Positions 54,654 to 64,000 of a stretch of 64,000 bases of DNA are shown in pieces (the first letter of the stretch is position 1; every line of letters begins with the position of its first letter). The notes under the pieces are model-generated. The model did no database searches, was not told the origin of the DNA, and was given only the letters and a program-made list of their open reading frames with translations. Position numbers and translations under genes: made by a program. Source of the DNA: Camelus ferus (taxonomy: Eukaryota); assembly GCF_009834535.1 (NCBI RefSeq), contig NC_045697.1, forward strand, positions 35,900,001 through 35,964,000, given 5' to 3'.

Positions 54654-56233
54654 TCTATGTGGGTGAAAAACATTTCAGGCAGAGGGGGAGCAAGTGCAAA
54701 GGCCCTGGGGAGGGAAGTGTTTAAAGGTGTTGGGGGAAAGTAAAGTGAAGCTGCAGAGCAATAGCCTTAAGGGAGGATCTTGTGACAGTCTGTGTGCAGG
54801 GCTAAGGTGGATATTTTAGACCACTCTAAAATGGCAACTTGCTCTGGCCTCTATCATGCTATAACTTACCTGGTGTGCACCCTTTCACCTATACGCCTTC
54901 CCAGTCTTATCCAACTTTTCTGTGACTGTCTTTCTCCCCTCTCAAGTGCTCATGTTCTGGATTTCTGTAGCACTCTGTAATGGCCTTCGCATACTTGGGA
55001 GAACATTTGTAGTTGCTTGTGTACTTGCCTGACTGCCCCCTCCTCTGGACTCTTACAGCTGAAGTCCACATATTCTTGGGGTCTAACCAAGACCTGGCAT
55101 AGGTTCTCAAATGTTTAACTTGAACACTAAACCCATGGTGACTATAGTACAAGGAGCAGTATCATTTATAATCAGGATTAATATCATTAATTGTATTGAG
55201 TTGAATTATAAATGGCATTCAAGTGGGTGGCTTACAGCCACCTGTTCTTAGCAGGAGCACAGTAAGAGCCTAGATTCAGCTCCCTACCCTTCCATGTGAT
55301 CTTAGACCAGTTACTTAGCTTCAGTTTGTCTGTAAGCTGGTAATCATAGTTACTGAAGTTAGTTCATACACAGTACATCTAACTACCTGGTAAGTAGTTA
55401 GGACTTGGTAGTGCTAAAAGATCATTTTTATAATACTGTATGGAGCAAAATGACAATACGGATATTTAGTATTTATATAAGACTAAAATACTGGCTTTAA
55501 TGTTCATTCAGTAAATAACAGAGCATCCATTATGGGCCAAGTACTATTGTAGGTATCGTGAAAACATCAGTGAACAAAGCAGAAAAAAGTTAATGTGTGT
55601 GATCGCAATTGATCCATTGATGGAGGCTTCCAGTGGATCCATTGATGGAGGCCTGTGATGCTTCCTTAGCTGAGTGCAGTGAGGAGATGGTATTTGGTAG
55701 GACAAAAGGCTTACATGAGGTGACTTCAAATGCTACATATAAAGGGGAAGAAAAATTGAGAGAGAACAGTCCTGAAGCCTTAATAGGCTATAGAAGGTTG
55801 TTCTGGCAGAACAAGGAGTGTGCAAGACACCATGTCAACAGTGGTCCAGTGAAAGTGAAAATGGGACCAAGAGAATGACAATCTCTTCTAGCTACCGTCA
55901 TGATGAAAGATATAAAACAATTGTTAAAGTCTGAAGGCTCTAGCAAAGTTCCCAAAGATAACCACTGGTTTTTCACAAATAGCTCCACTCCACCGAGTCC
56001 TGGTGGCAGTTCTTTGCCCCTTGAGGACTTACATGGGATGGATGAACACACGGAGACCCTGGGTCTGCCATGGATCCTCCCTCTCCCACCAGCCAATTTG
56101 AACCAGTGCAGCCTTGTTCATACTTTGGTTTTCTGAATAACTTGTTTGGCAATAAGGGTTTTAGCTACAGTTTGAAGTCCACTAGACTAAACAGTAGTTC
56201 AGAGTCCAGAGTTTAGAGCTACAGAAATACTAG

Positions 56234-56417
56234 AACTGCACTGTCCAATATGACAGCTGTTAGTCACACATGGCTGTTTAAATCGAACCTAAAATAAGAG
56301 TTCAGCCCCCCAAGTGCATTAACCATACTTCAAGTGCTCACCTATGGCTAGGGGCTACCGTACTAGACAGCAGATATAGGGCATTTCCATTACTGCAAAA
56401 AGTTCATTGGCAGTCCT
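56234..56417. mobile_element. MER3/MER33-like hAT MITE
   Basis: CTGCACTGTCCAATA...TCAAGTGCTCA...CATTTCCATTACTGCAAAAAGTTC. A related fragment lies at about 63400-63510. Confidence 0.68.
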
Positions 56418-56467
56418 AGAGATTATATGAAGACAGAAGAAAAACCTGTAAAAACCTAGAGAGATGG

Positions 56468-56842
56468 TGTAGTAGGTTGAATAATGGCCCCCAGAAGGGT
56501 CTTGAGATGGGGAGACCATCCTGGATCATCTCCGTGGGCCCTAAATCTAATCACAAGTGTCTTATAAGAGGGAGGCACAAGGAGGTTCCATGCACAAAGG
56601 TGGAGGCCATATGAAGGTGCAGCAGATTTGATATTGGCCTTGAAACTGGGGTGATGCTGGCAGCTGCTGGAAGGTGGGAGGAACATGTTGATTCCCAAAC
56701 CCCCCCCCCCCAGAGGCTCCTGGGGGAGCATACACTTGGTTTGATCCAGTGGGATTGATTTCTGACTCCTGGCCTGCAGAATTAAGAATAAACTTGTTTA
56801 AGCCACCAAGTTTGCATTAATCTGTTCCAGCCGCCTGGGTAA
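56468..56842 (+). mobile_element. MaLR (MLT1-type) solo LTR, degraded
   Basis: TGTAGTAGGTTGAATAATGGCCCC start, GGGCCCTAAATCTAATCACAAGTGTCTTATAAGAG, and an AATAAA...AAGCCACCAAGTTTG end. Confidence 0.78.
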
Positions 56843-58472
56843 CTTGGATGGAAAGCTTAAGTTCACAAATAAGCTGTAGCTGGAGCCTCACCACACCACA
56901 CTGTTTTCACTAGTGCCTTATTGGTGGATGGGTGAAGGTAGATCTTAACTAGTCAATGTAAATTATTTCACAGGTGGTATCTGCATGTGGCTAAAATATA
57001 ATACAACAGATTATCAAAACAAGCATAAAAATCTGTATGGTTTATTGGAATGTGAATTATTTATGTGTACTTTAATAAATTTCATTACACAGTTAAAAAC
57101 AGCATCCAAAGTTCAAGTTGTAAAAAAAAAAATCAGTAACAGAAGCTAAGACAATAGGAAAAAATTACTCTAATTGTAGTTTTTGCCTTGTAGGCCCTGC
57201 AGCTTTGATCAGCAGTGTCCCAGAGGTAACAAAGGCTGTCAAAATGAGACAGTTTTTCCATAAACGATCTCATTTAGTTTTGGCTCATGTTTCTTATGAA
57301 ATGTAAACTTGAATTTCTGGGATGCTTAAAAAAAGGAATAGCATAGTTAACTAGTCTTCTCAGGGTCACTGCCGGAGGGCTCTGACTTAACGTTCTCCAG
57401 GTACAGGACTTGTGCTGTATCTCGGTTGCAGCAACACTGATACTGAATGATGCAGCATCATACTAGAGACTGGTAAGGAAGCTGGGGCAGAGACCATGTT
57501 TCAGCAAAACTGCCAATTGACCATAACGGACTTGAAGCTATTTGTGGCCTCCCGAATATTCAAAGTGATGCCTTCCCTTTGAATACTTAATAGCATTAGA
57601 GCTGGAGCTCAGGATCTGACCACCACACTCAAATTTAAGTACAGCATGGAAAATGTGAAGGTCAAACTCAGTCCTTGTTGCTACTCAGAGTAATGCCTTT
57701 TGAAACTCCTTTCAACCTTGGAAACTTATTCTGATGAAATAAGTTAGGCTCAAAATTGAGCCCTATTTGTCTACCTTTCATACCAAATTACAGACCTGAA
57801 CAGTATATCTAAAAATAAATGTTTAAAATTGGAATTTAGATTACATAAAGAATAGAAGGTTTTATGAGCTTTTGACCAAAATCAGGTCCTGATTGGGGGG
57901 GAGGTGTCACTGCCCACCACTCCTTGCAGCCTTTTTCCGGCTGACAGATTTGAATACCTTTTTCCAATATCTGAGTTCAATCTCCCACAAGAGTTTCATT
58001 ATTACAAGTCTTTTTTGCCTGAAAGTGGCCACTGTATTTTTTGAGATATTTCCATACAGAGTAACAGTGATCTCTAGCTCCCTGTTTAAGGTTTAACTCC
58101 CAACCTGCAGTGTAACTTACTGATTATTCAAATAAGTTCATTTTGATGAAATGAGAAGTGCTCCCATGTTTAGTTCCTCCTTCTGAGCTAATAGTTTCCC
58201 ATTAGCTTCCCAGTTCCTCCTAATGAACTAGCTCCATCCTCTCTACTCTGTCACACTCAACTCTACAGGTTCACTCTGCTTAAATCAGGTACCTACAAAG
58301 CCAATGAAAAATGTTTGAAGAAGCTCAGCTCATTTTAGATTCAGCCTGAAGTTTCTTCAAGAACAATGAAACTAGCACTGTGCCCTGAATACACACCCCC
58401 GTGGCAGGTTCCTGTGCAGCTCTATTTTAGTTTGGCCTCTACATGATCATCAACCACAATGGCAGGAGAGAG

Positions 58473-58810
<338 letters not shown>

Positions 58811-59569
58811 TTTAACGATGAACGAAAAAATTCTACTCACACCTACTCACAAAAGTTAGCTGGCCACCTTGAAAGCACTGCTGTGGCCAGCTGAAGCACA
58901 TAGCATCCGGGCAACAGTCCTTTTCTGATTTCATAAGACAGTGTGAAAACTTGGTCAAAACAGAAGACTGCAAGTAAGTTTTGGAGAAGTTGACAGTTTC
59001 AGCATCATTACCATCTCAGCTTGAATGCCTATTTTCCCACCTACAAAAAGGGAGGAAATAAATCATTTTCTCACTTGTCAAATGAATAGGAAAATGATAA
59101 TTGAAATATATTAACCATCTACAGTGAGCATTTACCCCTCAAAAAGAACCCAAGATAAAATACATCCTAATAACATAGAAGCTGCCACTTGGCTATATAT
59201 TTAGAATGAGCTAATTTGAAATGATTGTTTTTCTGTTGATGTTGATAGGCCGAATGCAAGATACCAAAATACATAACGAGAATGGATGCTGTTATCCAGT
59301 CTGTTTAATACAAAAAAATACATGTGCATGGGTATCTAGGAATCCTCACACAAGTACTGTTACCCATATACATCCTGCAAATGCTACCTAGTGTATTCAG
59401 TTTAAAACAAAGGCACATCTTGTAAGCTCTGGACATGAATTTCATTCAGTTCTGAAAGTTTTCACAAATTATAATTGTACAATGTAGATGCTAGAATTAA
59501 AACAAGGTTTTCCAATGATTGGTTGTGATCTTAGATTGTATCTACTGATGAGCATTGCTTTTTGTTTTT

Positions 59570-60210
59570 ATTGTAGTGAAATATGCATAACAAAAGTAAA
59601 CCTTTCAAATATTTTAAGTGTACAGTTCAGTAGCATTAATTACATTCACAATGTTGTGCAACCATATTTCCAGAACTTCCCCATCATCCCAAGTAAATTT
59701 TGTACCTATTATACAGTAACTCCCCATTCTGTTCTCTCCCCAGTCCGTGGTAATATTCTACTTTCTGTCTCTGAATTTAACTACACCAAGTATCTCATCT
59801 AAGTGGAATCATACAGTTTTTGCCCTTGTATCTGGCTTATTTCACTTACGTTTTCAAGGTTAACCCACATTGTAGCGGGTATTATTTATTCCTTTTTAAA
59901 GTTGAATAATACCACATTTTGTTTATCCATTCATCTCCAGACGGACATTTGAGTTTTTTTCACCTTTTGGCTATTGTAAATAATGTTACTATGAACATGA
60001 ATGTACAAGCAACTGTTCTGAGTCTCTGCTTTCAATTATTTTGGGTTTACATCAAGAAGCAGAATTGCTGGATCATATGGTTACTATATGCAATTTTTAA
60101 AGGAGCCGTCAAACTTTTCCACAGCAGCTACACCATTTTACATTCCCACCAGCCATGCACAAGGGCTCCAATTTCTCCACATCTTTACCAACATTTGTTA
60201 TTCTCTATCA
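59570..60210 (-). mobile_element. Old L1M 3' fragment, inside the putative intron of the GVQW3-like locus
   Basis: TTTTAAGTGTACAGTTCAGTAGCATTAA...GGCTATTGTAAATAATG...TTGCTGGATCATATGG. Confidence 0.8.
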
Positions 60211-60619
60211 GCTTTACAATGGTACGTGAAGATTCAAATATCTACAGGGCTAAGTATTTTCTTCCCAATCCCTGATGCCTTTTTACCCCCTTGGCACTGC
60301 TTTTGCTTCAGTGAAAACATGGACTCAGGCTCAAGAGCTAATAGTATTAAGTATAAAGTACTTTAAGATAATTTTGTGTTGTTTGCCAAGTGTAAGAATT
60401 CAACATGCTCCTTTACAGGAGGAATCTGCATTACCTTCTTAGGAGGCGAACAGGGCTGCTTTAAGTTTCTGCATTAGAAACGAACTCCAAAAGGTAGATG
60501 TAACCTTACCCTCACTTGAACTATCTGTACATCAGCTGAATAAACACGAGCTAGAAACAGGCTGGAAGAAGAACCAGCCATTTAAGCAAGGCGGTTAATC
60601 CCATAAGGGTCAGCACCTG

Positions 60620-61250
60620 GCAGGGCCTAATCACGTCGCGCCTTACTACCAGGGTTCCTTCTGCCAAACAGCAGCAGAGCGGCTCTGACGGCGAAACTCC
60701 GCTCCTGCGGAAAAGGCAGGGGAACGCGAGGAAAAGCCCGAACCTGGGTGGCTAGGAGACCCCGGCGCCGGGGCCGCGCCTCACCTCTGTCTTGGGCACG
60801 GCTGGTCCGGGATTCGGGACGGGAAGCTCCTTGCCTGCGGCTCGTCAAACTCCTGGCCTCGCCCACCGCCTCTCGACGCCCCTCAGCTCAAGGTGGGGAG
60901 CAGGCGAAAGCCACCAGGAGAGCAAAGCACCGGAGGCGGGGAAACACCATCCAGCAGCCGGACCAAGGGCCCAAAATTCAGGAAGACAAACACCCTCGCG
61001 AGAGTTCTGACTGCCCTATAAGCCGCGAGAACCCTCGGAGGCGCTGTCTGCCAATCACTGGATAGAGGCGGCCTTGGGCGTACCCAATTGGTTAAGCACT
61101 GGAAAGCTCGCGTCCCATTGGCCCCAGCTCCACCCCTTCGTCATGAATCCCCGCCCCCTTAGGGGGCTCCTCTCAGCTGAGAAGGTGGGAAGTAGGGGAG
61201 GGAAGGCATATTCTACTCTCAGTTCCGTGCGCCCGAGATGAGGTTTCCGG
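60620..61250. promoter_or_regulatory. CpG-island promoter with no intact gene attached
   Basis: CpG-rich. CTCGCGAGA element 60995-61003; CCAAT 61051, CCAATTGG 61084, ATTGG 61117; GC box ~61149-61157; minus-strand donor GAG|GTGAGG at 60785/60784. Confidence 0.8.
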
Positions 61251-61899
61251 AGTAGAATCCTAACTCTTCTCCTGTGGCATTTTAGTACCATTTAACGCTC
61301 AGATTCTAACATGTTCTGTCTCATTCCTAATCTCGGCCTTCTATCCTGTGTTCTCAAACTGACCCAGTCCTAGACAGGGAGCTGATTTTTACCTGTGCTT
61401 GAGAGAAAGCAGGCTACCATGGACCTTAACAAGTTAAAGATATTTCTCTAAGAGCTTTCTCATCTCAACATCTACGTCTTGCTCTGCATAATATGCAATG
61501 AGAATTGCTTTATTTCATTAAAACAGTCACTAGCCCCCTTGCCCCGTAACTCATGAAATCATCTAAATAATCGTCAATGAAGTAGGTATGTTAAAAATAT
61601 TTTTCAAGTGAAGAAACCAGAAACAGGGAAATTTAGTGACCTGAAATGTATTCTGTCTTTTTGTCCCTTTCTTCCTTACTTTAATTCGGGACTTCTTAAC
61701 TGCTGGATTACTTCTACAAACAGCCGCTTAACTCCTCTCCTTGCCATTCTCTACAAAGCCATGAATTAATCTTCCTAATACAAATCTGATCATGTCTCAA
61801 ATCCTCAAATCTCTGAAGTGGCAAATCCTTCTGTGGCTCCTTATTGCCACTCTGGCAGAGAGTGCTACTTATTGACATATACCTGTAAACACACAAATC

Positions 61900-63390
61900 A
61901 TGCTGGGTACATACCTAGAAATGGAATTGTTGGATCATAATTTGTGCCATGTTCAAATTTAGTAGATGTTTTAAAGCAGTTTTAAAAGCAGTTTTCCAAA
62001 GTGTTTACACAAATTTACACTCCGATCAGCAATCCATGAGCGTTCCAGTCGTTCCACATTCTCATCATCAATGGATATTTTCTATCTTTTTTCATTTTGG
62101 CCATTATGGTGGGTAATAATTGTGTCTCTTGTAATTTTAATTTGCATCTCCCTGATTAGTGAAGTTAAGCACCTTTTCATTTTTGTTGGTTACTTAGAAA
62201 TAACTTTATGAAGTTTCTGTTACATTTTTTGCCAATTTTTCTGAGTTGAACGTTTTTATTTGATTTTTCCTAACATTTGATTATAAAAATTCAAATATTT
62301 AGCAAAGTTTAACAAATTTTACAGTAACCACATGTAAACTTACCACACAGATTCCACCATTAACATTTTATAAAACCTGCTTTATTATATTTCTATGCTT
62401 CACTTTATCCATCTTAATGTTGCTGCATTTCAAAGTTAATTGGAGATAGCAATACGTGTCCTCTAAAGACTTCAGCATATATATAATTAATTAGAATTCA
62501 ATATTTAAGGTTTCTTTTGATGTAGCACTTACATGAAATGAAATGTACAACTCTTCAGTGTACATTTGCTGAGTTTTGAGCAAAGGAATTTTGAGTTCAA
62601 TGCTGCCTTTCATTCAGTCTCCATTTCCACTTTCCTGGGGGCAACCACTGTTCTGATTTTTTTCCCCTCCACTGTAAATTAGCTTTACCTGTTTCAGAAT
62701 TTCATATAACTGGATTCATACAGTATGTGCTGTTTTGCATAAGATTTTTTTCACTCAGCATACTGTATTTCAGATTCATTCCTGTTGTTGCGTGTGTCAG
62801 TAATTCATTTCTTTTCGTTGCTGAGTAGTATTCCATTGGATAAATATACCACAGTTTATCCATTATAAGAGGACTTTTTAAAACATGCATCCTTTGTCAA
62901 GTGTATGTGTTGCAAATATCTCCTCCAATTCTGAGTTCCTTTTCATTCTTTTAATGATGTCCTTTGAGGGGAAAAGTTCTTAATTTTCATACTCCAATGT
63001 ATCAAATGTTTATGATGATAGGTTTTATTTAAGAAATCTCTCCCTTCAGGTTATAAAGATTCCTTTTCTGTTTTCCTCTAAATGCTTTACTATTCTAGTT
63101 CACTCACTTAGAACTGCAATCCATTTTGAATTGATTATTGTGAATGATGGGATATAAAGGTGGGTCCAGATACCTTTTTTTTCTATGTGGATATCCAGTG
63201 AATCCAACATGTTTATTTAAAAGACCACTTCCCCTACTTGAAGTTTTCATATATCAGGTGACCGTACATGTGTTGACCTACTTCCCACTCTATTCTATTT
63301 GATAGGTTGGTTTTATCTGTCAGTTGTGTCTGTCTTTGCACCAATACCACATGGTCTTCATTACTATAGCTTTATAATTACCCTTGATAG
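61900..63390 (-). mobile_element. Cluster of old L1M fragments
   Basis: ATACCTAGAAATGGAATTG, GCTGAGTAGTATTCCATTG and CACCAATACCAC tracts; ORF 62702-62890 resembles an L1 ORF2 C-terminus. Similar plus-strand fragments lie at about 1360-1800, 20820-21460 and 25790-26530. Confidence 0.75.
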
Positions 63391-64000
63391 TGTCTCAGTG
63401 AACTGAATTTTTAATTTATCTTAAATATAAATAGCCACGTGGCTAGTGCCTACTGTATTGGACAGTGCAGATTAGAACATCCTCATGGGAAGTTCTGTTG
63501 ATAGAACTGCCCTGGAAGACATCTGGAGGCCAATACCAGATACTTCATTTCATAATCACAAGCCACCTGAGCTTACTGCTGGACTGCTCTTCAAAAATAT
63601 CTGTGAAATCTTTTTTAAAGAAATTCAGAAGACATCTTCTTAAAAATAGGTAAGACATCCAGCTCTTTTGACCTTGCACTTTTAACAATGAAAACATTAT
63701 TTCAGGTGTAGGAGAGCCTCAAACTTTGGGAGACATTTCCTGTGATCAGACACCATGAAATACGTATCTCCAACTCACAGGGAAAGATTCCTGCTGTAAT
63801 ACCTGCTGTAATATTATCAGCTCTTGTCCAAGGTACTTACCAACTCTCTCTTAGAGGGCTCTCCTGGGCCATGACTAGTTGTGTTGGGAGAATTTGCCCT
63901 CCGACCTGCAATCAGAGGTCAGATCTGGCTACTGTGTGTAAGGGATTCCTCAAACCATATTGTCTTGTTGACATTTTCCAAGTCAAAAGACACTGAAGTC

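Noticed and set aside
57900..58470. Possible continuation of the mariner transposase (PDLSRV-like peptide near 58290, possible acceptor at 58292)
   Set aside because: Multiple stops and no recognisable WVP, TGDE or DDD motifs, so homology cannot be supported by eye.
60627..61291. ORFs of 72-105 aa in the third CpG island
   Set aside because: No homology recognised, several use non-ATG starts, and GC content explains them.
61250..64000. ERVMER34-1 (HEMO) env gene, expected from human synteny beyond DANCR
   Set aside because: No env-like ORF is visible and the segment is mostly old L1. If present, the gene lies outside the window.

Overview
Mammalian genomic DNA, probably a camelid, judged from several tRNA-derived Vic-1-like SINEs and artiodactyl-type L1 3' ends. 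Left half: the 5' part of USP46 on the minus strand. Coding exons 1-4 have GT-AG junctions and keep frame; the remaining exons lie beyond the left edge. USP46 has a CpG-island promoter, two short uORFs, and an alternative first exon (MMNCFQ) with its own TATA box inside intron 1. Around 52.5-54.5 kb: a second CpG island driving the lncRNA DANCR orthologue (+ strand), with SNORA26 in intron 2 and a miR-4449-like hairpin in intron 1. Two observations stand out. (1) That hairpin is the 3' half of a complete ~130-nt hairpin-H box-hairpin-ACA fold, so it is a candidate second, GC-rich H/ACA RNA. (2) At 58.5-58.8 kb (- strand) is a decayed mariner-transposase HTH reading frame, absent from the ORF track, that closely resembles the domesticated gene GVQW3. 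It keeps a strong splice acceptor and an otherwise unexplained CpG-island promoter at 60.6-61.2 kb. The rest is interspersed repeats (L1, MaLR LTR, MIR, hAT/Tigger MITEs). All orthology and repeat-family calls come from recalled sequences, not database searches.
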